From Adineta vaga (taxonomy: Eukaryota > Animalia > Rotifera): 64,000 nucleotides of DNA. The notes beneath the pieces are model-generated. The model was given only the letters and a program-made list of their open reading frames with translations, ran no database searches and was not told the origin of the DNA. The position numbers were made by a program, and so were the translations under genes. The stretch spans positions 12,648,001 through 12,712,000 of the forward strand of contig CP075492.1 of assembly GCA_021613535.1 (NCBI GenBank). Direction: 5' to 3'. Shown here piece by piece: positions 23,915 through 36,611 of the stretch; position 1 is the first letter of the stretch, and every line of letters begins with the position of its first letter.

Positions 23915-25468
23915 GATCAATATATTATATTTTGTAACAGAAAAAAAACTAAACTATCTAAAAGAAAGAAATTTCCTCGAAGAAAAGAATTGCTCATAAC
24001 TATTTGATTATAGTTGAAGCAAGAGAGAGACAGAAACATTACATTATGATATAAGAAAATAAAGGCAAGATGGAAGAAAAGAATATAAATAATGGTTCCT
24101 TTCTATTTATTCATTGTCCTAGTTTAAAAAATATTTTCCCCTGAAGACAATATCAAAGAGAGAGAGAGAGAGAACAACGTTTTCTAGTCTATTCATTAAG
24201 AACATAGTAGAAAATGTAGATGAATATGCGTAGGTTAAAGCAGTTGGGAAAAAAACAATAATCAAAATAGTTTTGTCATGTATATACAACGAATCAGGAG
24301 ACTTTTTCATTAATATATTTTCTTTATTTCCAAACACGAGAACTGTGTCTTACCTTAATATAAAAACTCACAAGAAATTCTTTTCGTTCATATGGCTGCT
24401 CTCTTTTGGATTATCATCTTCTATGAAAATCTTGTCACACAAAAGTGTTTTTCTCTTTTCAAAACTACTGTCTCTCTTTCTTGCTATTGTTGAATGTTTT
24501 TCCGGTAATTCTTTTGAGCGTATAAGAAATACACACAAGGACGAACAAACACAAACTAGTAAGAAACGAGAAGAGAAGAGAAGGTGATGAAATGGAAAAT
24601 TAAAACTTAATAGGACAGTCTGTCTTGTTACCAAACGATTCATATTTCTTCGTTCATTTACATTATTGCTCGTCAACAAACAACACATTCTATTCATAAT
24701 TATTTGAACAACTATCGATTCAATGCTTTGAAAGAGATTCTATCAGATTTGATCAAGACATTGTGAACATGGATACGATTGTCTGAAAAAAGAATGAATA
24801 TCACGTTTCCCTGAAAGAAAATGCCTTGCCGGATGTTTAACAAAAAAAGAAGTCAAAAGCAGGAAAACTTCAATTGAAATAAGTATTACAAAATCATTTC
24901 ATACAAAATGCAAGCATGTTTTTTTATGGTGAAACAAAAACATAACACAAGGAATTTTCGAAAGGAAATTGATTTGTAATCATTACACATCGAACTATTT
25001 TGTTCATAAGGAAACTAAATAGATAACTTCATAAATTTAATCAGTATATTCTGATTCATATAATCGACTTTGCATTTCAGACATGCGAACTTTTGCACTA
25101 GAAACTTTCATCTTAAAATGCACATGATAAAAAAAGTCTTTTGATCTACACACATCATTGTCATGGTGTTTTCTTTAACAAAGAAATATCTTTTATCATA
25201 ATTGCACTTTAAATCTTCCACATATTAAAAATTGAATCATTCTTCTGCATCGATTGGAGAGAGACATTTTTTTCTCTTCTTCTACATCTATGTTTTGAAT
25301 GAGTGTCGCGTTGCTCAGAAACTGTATAGAAAATATGATCGTAATAAAATAAAAAAAACGTTTCTTTTTGTCCTTGCAACAAGAACGAACGAATCGACAA
25401 AAAAAAGAATAACGTTGCTAAGAAGGATCGACGATGTACATATTTCTAGAGTATTTGTATTGATTCAA

Positions 25469-28400
25469 ATGACGACAAAACAAGACGAAGAGAATGCTGC
25501 TATGATGCCACGCGTATCTCGTTTGCCGCCATTGAAGGAGGAATCTGGTGCGTAAGAGATTTCGTTGTTTATTAAAATAAATCAATAAAACGAAATGGAA
25601 ATACATTTTGCGAAGTAATTCTTTCTTTTTTAGACATGCCGCGTGATCTTCCTAGAAATGTTTCGAAAGAAAAAGAGGCTGCATATAAACGTAGACCACG
25701 TCGATATAGTTTGGCAACATCTGATCCAAATCTCGATGAATTACCAATCGATTGTGTTCTTGTTTACAGTCGAAATGATGATGAAAATGAAAGCAATGGC
25801 AAATCTCATATGACTCCGTCAGAGAGACGAAAAAATTTTGAATACTATATTGAAAAAAAGCAAGGTCTAATACTTAAACGTGTCGTATGTATAAATAAAA
25901 GAACTCGAAAGTCAAATATTTCGATATATACTATCAATTTAGGAACCAAAAGGAGGTCGAGTTGGTTATGTTTTAGTTCATACACCATTTAAAATGCTTT
26001 TAGTAACAGCTGAGAATATTCGAATGCGATTACCGATTGAAGTAAAAATTGAATTATGAATAAAACTTTGTTGATCTCCTTCGAATATATATATATATAC
26101 TTCAGAAAATCGAACAAGATGAAAAGATGCACTCACAAGCGAATGATTCATGTTGGGAACGATTTAAAACTGCATTAAAAAGACCATTTCGTGTTGACCC
26201 ATCCTTGACAAAAGATGATCCTGATTATTATACAGCAATTTATTCATCAAATATTCCGAATTTTCAATCTTTATTTGATGAATTACGTGGTTCAAGAGAA
26301 TTATATTTTACGCCAGCTGAACGAAGTTTATTAACTTATGAATTATTAACAAAAGCGCATTATGATGATCAAGATGACAATGAGTTAAGATACGAACCTG
26401 TCAGTACACGAGCAGGTTAATGAACGTTTTTGATAGAAATGAATGTTCCTATCGTTGGTTTTATCATTTAGTTTCGAATATGGTTGGCAGAAAAATAAAA
26501 CGTTCAAGCCGACCAGGTATAAATAGATTTTGTCCGTCATATATTATATGTTTGCCTTCTATATAAATATATACTTTTAGGAATTGATCGATTGATAGCT
26601 AAAAAAGCGTATGATGCGTGTTTTCCTTTACATGAGGTGAGTAGAATGATTAATTTGTTATGTTTATTCATTTTCGTGCTCTAATTTAAGCCACTACGAG
26701 ATGAGGAATTTCGTTCGCCTGCAGATTTAAATGATCGAGAAGTAAGTTTATATCATTGGTTTTATTCCATCATTTTCTTTTGAATATTAGAAATTACAAA
26801 AACATTGGGCAACTATGCGTAAATGTCTAAAATTTCAACCTCTTTCTTTAATTCGTTCATATATGGGTGAAAAAGTAACATTTTACTTTGCACTCACTGG
26901 ATTTTATAATCAAATGCTTATGCCACCATCCATTGTTGGTTTAATTATATTTATTTATGGTGCAGCGACTGTTCTAAGTGATGAACCAACGTTCGTTCAT
27001 AGAATTGTATTTGATTACAAAACATTGTTTACTTTATATATAGATCTGATATATGTGGAAGTTATGGATCTAATACATATATGTGTCCGAGATGTGATAA
27101 AGTTTGTCCTTTCTGGAAATTGAGTGATAGTTGTGTTTATTCAAAAGTAATTTTATAGAATCTTTTCTTGATATTTATAAAAACGATTCTTCATCGTAGA
27201 TATCTTATGTCTTTGATAATGCAGCTACTGTTATTTTTGCTGTATTTATGTCATTATGGGCAAGGTATGAAATAGGAAAACAAATATTCATAGATCTTTT
27301 TAAATCTTTGATTATTTTGATTAGATGGTTTGTAGAATTTTGGCAACGTCGTCAAGCAGTTTTACGATACGAATGGGTAAAATAATTATGAAGAAGTTTG
27401 ATTATATTGTTGATTTTATTTGAAGGATTCAATGGATTTTGAAGAGCATTTAGAACCTATTCGACCAGATTTTGAACGTAAATCAGCAATAATCGGTGAA
27501 AACGTATGAATCCTGTTACTGAAGTTCGAAATATTTCGCCATCAATCATCAATTGATCAATCATATTTATTTCGTTTAGATTGAAGAACCATACATATCT
27601 ACTAGAAAACGAGTGCCTTTCTTTCTACTTTCTATTGCTGTTGTTCTAATAACTGTATGGAACAATTTTAAGATTAATTAAGACAAGTATTCATTTGATG
27701 ATTTAGATATTGATTGTATGTGGAACTATCTTTGGTACAATTGTATATCGTGTTCAAATGGATTATATATTAAAAAATACGTCTGTTAAAACTTATTCTT
27801 CGATTATTATAACTGTAACAAGTGCTATTATCAATTTGATTTGTTCACTAATCCTATCACAACTTTATTATTGGCTTGCAGGAAAGATAACGGATCTCGG
27901 TAAGAATTTTATTTGTATGTGAAAAGAATGTACGTATACTTTTTGAATTATTGAATAGAATTACATAAATATCAATCGAAATATGATGATTCATTGACAA
28001 TAAAAATTTATCTTTTTCAATTCGTTAATTTCTATTCTTCGTTGTTTTATATTGCATTTTTCAAAGGACGGTAAGATTTGAGTCAAATCAAAAGAATTAT
28101 TCTAATTATTTTTAATTAGATTTCTCGAATATCCATCAAAATATGGTGAACAGGGTCCATCAGATTTTACTGAACAAGTTTGAAAAATTCCCAGAAAATC
28201 TTTTTGTTTTCAAACCATATTTCTTTCTTTTAGTGTGATCCTGCTGGTTGTTTAGTTGAACTTTCGATTCAATTTGTCACGAGTAAAAATATGAATGAAA
28301 AATTCTTAAAACAAAACAATCTTTTTTTTCTAAATTTAGTTATGATAGGTAAACAGATTGTCAATAATATTGTTGAATTTTGTTTTGCAATGCATCGTAC

Positions 28401-29494
28401 ATGTTTACGTATATGTTCGAGACGAAAGGAAGATCAAAAACAATGGGAAGAAGATCATGATCTAATTGATTTTAATTCAACTGTTCTAATAGATGAATAT
28501 CTTGAATTAGGTAAAAATTCTATTGAAAAAATTTGAGACATACAATCTATTCATTTAGTTATTCAATTTGGTTTTGTTACGTTATTTGTCGTTGCTTTTC
28601 CGTAAGTGAACGTAGTGTTTGTTTTTATTCATAACTTATGATTTGTCTATAGATTGGCACCATTATTAGCATTGATTAATAATTTAATTGAATTACGTTT
28701 GGATGCATGGAAACTTCTATCGAAATATAAACGACCTATTCCATATAAAGCATCCGATATTGGTATATGGAGTGATATTATATCTGCAATATCCTATTTA
28801 GCTGTATTAACCAATGTAAATATTAATTTTCATGAACAAAAATAAAGTCGAAAATGAGAAATTCTATTTAGGCTATTGTAATTGCTTGGACATCAGAATT
28901 TATTCCTAAAATGGCTTATCGTGTATTAACATCTGGAGGAGCTAATCTAAATGATTATGTTGATTGGACGTTATCTTCTTTTTCTATACAAGATTACAAT
29001 AATACAGGTCGTATGACAGCCGATGTACCAACTGGTCTTACAACTTGCCGGTAAGATAGAAAAGATTGACTGCAGAAAAAATGTTCGATTTTTTTAGATA
29101 TCGAGATTTTCGAGAGTCAGTCGGACCATCTTATTCTCAAACGACACTCTATTGGAATATTCTTGCTGCTCGTTTAGCATTTATCATTATTTTCGAACAT
29201 TGTATTTTCTTTATTATTTACATTATGCAATGGCTTGTAGCTAATGTACCAAAGAATGTTCAGAATAAAATCGATCGTGAACGTTTTATTGATCAACGTG
29301 AACGATGGACGAGTGGACCAAATGGTGAAAATTTCAAAGATGTTGCCATAGTTTCTCATGCAGTTGCCCGAATGGCCAATATATCGAATAATAATTCTCC
29401 ATCGATTCACAAAACTAATGAAAAACATATAACACGAAAGAGAAATGGTAAAAAACATATTGGAATACGAATAACTCCTGAAGATAAAAAATGA
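25469..29494 (+). CDS. ANO: Anoctamin/TMEM16 (Ca2+-activated Cl- channel or scramblase), many exons, with an apparent -1 frameshift near 27500
   Basis: FPLHE, [130 protein letters not shown]. Confidence 0.93.
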
Positions 29495-29816
29495 ACGTGT
29501 GTGTGTGCTTTTATACATTATTTGTTAACAATCTACTATTTTTTAAAATATACTTAAAAATTCGTTTATTTTACTGTCTTTAAAATACTGTATCACAATA
29601 AGATTGTCGTCTGTTCGATGATTGAATCATTCTTGATAGAAAATATTGTTTATCGACATTGACTTGAAAACAAATATATATTATCTAACCTTCATTTATT
29701 GCTCAAATAAGAACAAAAAGAATTAGAAACCTTGATCGAACTATCCTCCGATGTATATAAATATCATTGAAATAAATCGTTTTATTTATTACATAATACG
29801 ATATATAATATTCATT

Positions 29817-30043
29817 ATGTGTGTAAAAATCTCTTGTAATCAATGTGGATTAACAACTTGGAAAGGTATGAATAATTTTTAATTGAAAAAAGAAATCTGA
29901 TCATTATTTTCTTGCTGTTAGGTTGTGGTCAACATGTTGCTCAAGTTTTACGAAATGTTCCCATATCAAAACGATGTAAATGTAAAATGAATCTTGAAAT
30001 ATCATCATGCAAAACGAATTTCATTCAATTTAAAATGTATTGA
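29817..30043 (+). CDS. 56-aa Cys-rich protein of the MCxxxxCxxCGxxTWxGCGxH family (absent from the ORF track)
   Basis: Exons 29817-29865 and 29922-30043 (GT-AG) give MCVKISCNQCGLTTWKGCGQHVAQVLRNVPISKRCKCKMNLEISSCKTNFIQFKMY*. Confidence 0.75.
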
Positions 30044-30140
30044 ACTATTCATATAATTTATTTTGATTTTATTTGAAAATAAAAATGCATCATATACATT
30101 TCTAAATGAGATTGTTTATTGCGCCAAATAAATCTTATGT

Positions 30141-31489
30141 TTACATATCGAGTAGATATCTATTTTCCGGTGTATAATAAGGTGATGTTTTTCCAAGTGT
30201 AAGTCTCATTTCATCAACAAGTCGACACCAATTTGATGTTAATGTTCCTGCATGTAAATCAGCATGGGCTTCAATAAATAAATCAATAAGAAACTCTAAA
30301 ACAATCTTTCCACGTTCTTGCTGTGACATACGTGTTAATGTAGCATAAACCACATTTTTTTTCGTTTTTATTGTAAATAATTTATAATAACCTTGCTTTT
30401 CTTTATTTATCTCGATAAATTCATTGAATACTTGTTCATCTTCAGAATTTAAATAAATATTTGTAATATTCGCTCGTCGTACATCGGCATCGAATAGATC
30501 AAAATATTGTTTTAAAGGATATGCTTGAGACATTTCTCTTCCAGTAACTTTATCTGATCGACGAACATAAACGGCAATATACGGTCGAAGAGAATCAACC
30601 GATGGTACTTTTAAATATTCAGTTACCATCTTTTGAACATGAGTTAATGTTTCTGGTTTCAAACGTAGGAGATAAAATAATAATTGTGCACGATACCAAT
30701 TAAATGTTCGATTTTGAAAGACAGGAGGATGAACAGGTTGTGCCCAATGACCAAAATCAGCGTTGATATAAGTTACTTGAGGATGAACAGCAACACGTGG
30801 TAATGAACAATTTGTTATAGGAAGAAAAACACAATCTGGATTAGTCACATTACAATCTCCATACATCTAAAATGGCAATATGCTTAGATTTGAGAAGAAA
30901 AACTCTCGTATGTAGTTCTGAATATTTTCAGTAAGCAACATCTTACCCAATGTCCTGGTACATCATAAACAGCAATTCTACCTTCAGATAATGCTACACC
31001 AAATGCCCAAACAATTTGATGAACAGTTGATCCAAAGCCTGACCAAGCATATTTTCGGATAATAGCAAATTGTTTATCCGTGCAATTGACTGGATGTTGA
31101 TGATCATATAACCATTTTTGTGCTTGGAAAATATTTTCCAGAGAAAATTCATCCGTTGAGGATTTATTACATGAATTGACAGGATCTTTTTTTGGTCCTC
31201 CAGTGTATTCTACAGTTCGACATGGTATTGAACGTGCTATACGAAAATAAGTCTCATCAGCAAAACGTAATGACCAAAGATGTGTGGCATTGGATGCGTT
31301 TGAAACTTTAAATGAAATTCTTGGTTTCTCAACGAGGATATTTACGTTTGGCTTATTGATTTTGAACTCATTGAAAATGGAATGACTAATATGACTAGAG
31401 AAAAGATAGAGAACTAATAGAATCATTCCAAAAATTATTATGATCATTGCTGCTCTCCATGATTGTGTATTCCTTTTGGTAAACATCAT
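30141..31489 (-). CDS. GT23 alpha-1,6-fucosyltransferase-like (FUT8/NodZ superfamily), type II membrane protein, no SH3 domain
   Basis: N-terminal TM helix, HQHPVNC, SGFGSTVH, AVYVRRSDK (motif I), IYLNSED (motif II), GTLTSNWCRLVDEMR (motif III). One intron at about 30867-30946. Confidence 0.82.
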
Positions 31490-34400
31490 GAATCAGTGCT
31501 CGTCTGATATTTAAATCTTTTATACTTGAATCAAACCCTGTTTACATTCTTAACAAAATGTATTTCATGATCTAAAAGAAAAATTTCAATGTATTATCAT
31601 AAGATTTAACCAAAATGTAAACTCGTACATAACTAGTTTCACAAATCAATATACACAGTCTAGATCTAACCAATATTTCTAACTTTCAATTATAGAAATA
31701 GAAGACAAAAAATTGCAATCTGCATATTAACGTTTCTTTTTAACGTAAAGCAGGTCTTACTGTCATACACATGCCATCCGTAGATCTAAATGAATTTTTA
31801 TTCTGAAGTGATGTAGTGACAAATTCTTTCTGTTGAATGGTTCATCGATAAACAAAACTTACGATATGATGATTTATAGAACTAAAAATAGATTTAAAAA
31901 AAACGTGAAATAAAAAGTCATGAATAATGAGTATTTATGTTGTTTGTCACACTGAACATCCACATTCTCATCGAGAAAAGAAGAGGAACGGATGAGAAAA
32001 AAACTTTTTTTTTTCTAATCTGAACATACGGCTTACTTCTGACATGAGCGTCACCATAGTAAAATCTTTGTTTCTTAAGTTTCTTTTTGGTAGCGATGCT
32101 TCCTCGAGGCTCTTTGTGAATTTAACGAAGCAAGATAGAGAGAATACAAACGTCATCACTATAAACACGTTTTCTTTTCTTTTTCTGTTGTTCTTTACCA
32201 TAAAGAGAAGTGGGTAAAGGCAACATCTTTGATGACATTAAGCAAAAAGAATCCTATCCCACTAGAAAAATGTTCACTTAGTTTGAATACATTTTTATAA
32301 TACGCGAAATAATTTTTCTTCGTTTCTAATCAAATAGATCATTTGAAAAAAACAACCACATATACGTTGTTCTTTCAATTTTTGAATCGTTGAACAAGAC
32401 ACAAATTCATAAGACGTTAAACGTGCGACATAATTTTATTGAATACTGACTTACATCTATATAGCATTCCTAATGTCGATAAAGAAGAGAAAATATTCTA
32501 TTGAATATAAATTCTCAATGTATTCATTTCGGAATTGAACTTCAATTCTATTCCGGTAGTTTGAACAATTGATTAAAGAGAAAATGTAAATACTTCCGTG
32601 AATGAGTGCATATTCAATAGAATATGGAAAAGAATAAGAACATTTATTATTCATTATTTCTCGGCACATCAATTTAACAGACTAAGAAACTAACCACCTA
32701 TCTCGTAAGTAGTTGAATAAAATAATAAATACAAACTTATCATAAATTTTCTGATCGACAGACATTTTCTGGATTGACAATAGTAGATTATATTAAATAC
32801 ATCGGTTAGTCGATAAGTTCTCGAAATTTCAAATATTTGTTAATCTTTTTATACTAAATAGTTGAGTTAGTCTCCATGATATTCTATAGAAAGTTTCCTC
32901 GTTTGAATCTATTTTGATATTCTAGAGTATGTATTGAATTAAACTCCGTGGTTATTAACTTAGCGAAACTCTTAGCATCTGTATCTGTATATCGAAGGAC
33001 TAAGGTAAAGTCGACGATCATCTTTCAAGAACTTTCGTTCACTTGAAAATCGATGAATCTAATTATTTACTGTACTATATGAAGTAGCACCTTACCCATG
33101 AGCAGTAATTAATTCGCCATAAATTTCTGTAGTAGTTAGGCATAATAATGAACGAGTTTTCTATGTATGACTAACACACAGTTTATTCATGCGAATATAG
33201 AGGTGCTAAAAAATCTCATTTATGGTTCTTTCTGATTGACGCTTTCGAAACGGTGTCCTAGTATTTCAATACACAACATATGTTGCTGCTTGATTAGCAC
33301 TACATGCAGGATAAAACTACTCAGGATAAAATTTTAAATAACTATTACGAAAACTTATTGACTGATCTATGTAGTAATCGTTTCTTTCATATTTTTTGCA
33401 TTTATTTTCAAACTACTATAAACAGTGAATAATTTAACAGAAAAATTGTTAGGTTTTTTTTCGTTCGTTTCGTTTCGTGGTTATTTAAGAGATTTCATCA
33501 CGATTCTATAGTTTTGCTTCAAGTTCAAGTATTTGCATAAACTATGTTGAGTCCAATGTGAAGTGCAAGGTAAATAAAATATTATGAATCATTCCCACTT
33601 TACGTATTAACCGGTGAATTTATTATGTAAATTTCTCCAAAAATCATGACAATCAAATATCACTAATGGAACATTATTTCTTAGTATTACGTTCTCTCTG
33701 AAACTATGCTGATTTATATAAATATATAGTTACATACCTGATGTGTTAGTTGTATCCAAAATCTATGACAAAAATCTCATTTTGATATACATTTTATAGA
33801 CATTTGAATTTCTTTTTATGATCTAATTAAAATCTATGTCAAGAAATTCTTTTTCCTTCGAATATTTCTTATCATGATGAACAAAAAAAGAATACATTTG
33901 ATTGACTCATAGCTATAATTATATAAATTTGGCGATTAAAATATTTATCATATATCAAATGATTTTTATGGCCGTGCATAGACCGCATGTTTCTATCATG
34001 AGTTGAGAATAACTGTAATAAAAAGTTATACACACAGCTTGATACGATTCAAATATGAATGTTGATAGTATATTCTTTCCTGAAGCGTGTTCGAAACTTC
34101 ATAGAATCATTATGTGACATGATTGGTGTACTTCAAGGTTATTTCAATGGCAATTCAATTGATGATGTAAATTCCAAAAATAATATTATCCTCATCATTC
34201 AACAACTAAAAATCTATCAGATTATGAATAACTTTCGACTATGAAAAGGTTTTCATCACATTCGTTTGTATCATACGGAATATATGTGACAATCTTTTCT
34301 TTCAATAGCCACTTTATCATACGTAATTATCTACCAACAGTTATATGAATCGCAAGAAAGAGAGAGAGACAGAGAAAGTTAAAAAAAACAATTATTCACA

Positions 34401-34529
34401 TGACCTCCATCGTATCATCAACTCTACTCGTTGTTTTGTTTCTATCTGATATTCGTTATATTATTGTCAGGAAAAAAGAGGAAGAGAGAAAAAATGATAT
34501 GAATAATCTCTTCTCGAACGAGAGAAAGC

Positions 34530-34536
34530 TATAAAA
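34530..34536 (+). promoter_or_regulatory. Probable TATA box of the peptide-precursor gene
   Basis: TATAAAA about 80 nt upstream of ATG 34610, in a purine-rich context. Confidence 0.4.
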
Positions 34537-34609
34537 ACTCGATACAAAAAACTCGATGGAACATTTCGACTTGTTTCTTTTTTAGTATCCTATTTATTGA
34601 TATCTCATA

Positions 34610-35213
34610 ATGCGTATCGTATTCGCAGGTATTTATACTTTTATAAATTCTTATTTAAACTACTCTTTTTTTATGTATGTAGTACTTTTGTTATTCATTG
34701 CTTGTGCAGCAAGTTATCCATCGAATCAAGAAACGGATAATGCTCTTGAATTAAAACTTCGATCAATCTTAGATCAACTTAATGATGAAGAAATGACACA
34801 ATCATCAACAGAAGGTTAATAGAAAAAAGCGCTTAGATTTCGACTGATTAATTGTTTTCCATTTGGTTTTAGACGATGATGATGATGAATCATTCAGCAA
34901 ACGACAAGGTGGTCATAATTTGGTTAATAAAGGAACAAAATGTGAAATTGAATGTGTTGGTGCTCAACGACATCCATCAAGTGGTAAAGGTAAAAATATA
35001 AAAGAAGCTGTTCGAATCTGTAAAAATAAATGTCTTATTCGCGGTGGAAAAACCCCTATATATAAAGGCAAACCAAAATATGTAAAACCTATGAAAACAC
35101 GTGCATTTATTGAAGAAGATGATGATAGTGATAATAGTGAAGATCAAGATGCTCAACGTCGTGAATTATACGATTATCTTATGGAACAAATTCAACGAAA
35201 TAATAATGAATAA
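34610..35213 (+). CDS. Secreted prepro-peptide: signal peptide, acidic pro-region, KR site, cationic 4-Cys mature domain, acidic C-terminal extension
   Basis: Three exons (34610-34628, 34683-34814, 34873-35213): MRIVFAVLLLFIACAASYP...DDDDDESFSKR|QGGHNLVNKGTKCEIEC...CKNKC...KTR|AFIEEDDDSD.... Confidence 0.75.
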
Positions 35214-36611
35214 ATGTCTTACCGAAAGTATCTAGCATTTGAAGAACATGTTTTCTTTCTTGCATGGCTTAGTTTTTCTTATATACATATACATAGTGCC
35301 ATTTGTACCCGTGAATTTATTCATCGTTTTTTTTCTCTTCATGTACAAATGAATCGTGAGGCTTCGATTGCTTTTTAATGACAGTGAAGTATACTCCGTT
35401 TTGTATTTATATTAAGACATAAATAAATATCAAAGAACTATGAATAGAAACTTTATTATTATTAACACATTGTAAATGAAAAATTGATTGATATCAAGTA
35501 TTACTTTTAAGTAATATATAATAACCTTTTGATATAGTATTACTATGATATATACCGCAAGTATAGAATAAACTTAGAGATTATCTCGAGAGTGAAGAAA
35601 AGAGTTTAGATATTCGTTATGTATTGTTGATAAAGTCTTTTGCTAATTTTCTACGCACAAATAATATGTCAGCAAATAGTAGATGAATAGAAAAACTTGT
35701 TGATCGATAGTGTTGATATGAATTCTTCGTATAAATGGATGAAAAAAATGTTATATCAAAGTAAAGTTAGTTCTTTGGTTCTTTAATTTATAAACATCAA
35801 CTCAGAAGAGATAAAACGATCAGTCTTCGACAATGATCCCACATATTTAATTAGGATTCTTCTATGTTTCTATCTGTCATACCCAAGAATACATAAATAT
35901 CCTTGTGCACTATCATCTCCTGCGATTTAATATAATTATCTTCTAGCATTGTCGTCTTTTCCTTTAATATTCATGAAAAATAGGAACACAATCTCTTCTA
36001 CCCACGCGGTACATATTCATACGTAATAAATAATGGAAATTTCATGGTATGAAAGTCAAGTAAGTACCATCTTCTCCTAAATCAGATTATCCTAAAACGT
36101 GTGTTCTATACTAATACAATAACATTATCGAATGTACGTCTTACAGTCATTTTACATATGATCGATAGAGAAATGACATTATCAACTTGATTGATCTTGA
36201 TAGAATTAACAAACATACATGATGTCATTGCAATATAAAGAAGATTTTATCTAAAACTCCAAGTATTTATTTACGAGAATACTCATATCTATTATTTTCT
36301 TCAGTATCATTCTGGAGAAGACGAAAAAAAAAGTAAAGGTAATTGTTGTTCATTATATTCTATATTCTTCTTGTGTTTATTTTAATCTCTCTTTTACTTG
36401 AATGCAAAAAAAAGAATTGAACACCATTGGTCACAAGTTGAATTGTTTTCTTTTGAAAGACAAATTGAAGATCATGGATTGATGATAACACAAATACAAC
36501 AACATGAATGAAAAAGATGTCAAAAGAAAATCGAAAAAGTAACACGAAATAATAATAGAAAGAAAAAAAAGGAGAGAGAGAGAGATAGAAAAAGAAAGAA
36601 AGATAATTGAT

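Noticed and set aside
31600-34300. Gene-poor interval that could hold transposon relics
   Set aside because: No terminal repeats, target-site duplications or transposase/reverse-transcriptase motifs were seen by eye. A RepeatMasker run would be needed.
35480-36000. Minus-strand fragments (RRIHINTIDQQVFLFIYYLL) faintly resembling GPCR TM6 regions
   Set aside because: Multiple stop codons and too little similarity to call a pseudogene without a TBLASTN search.
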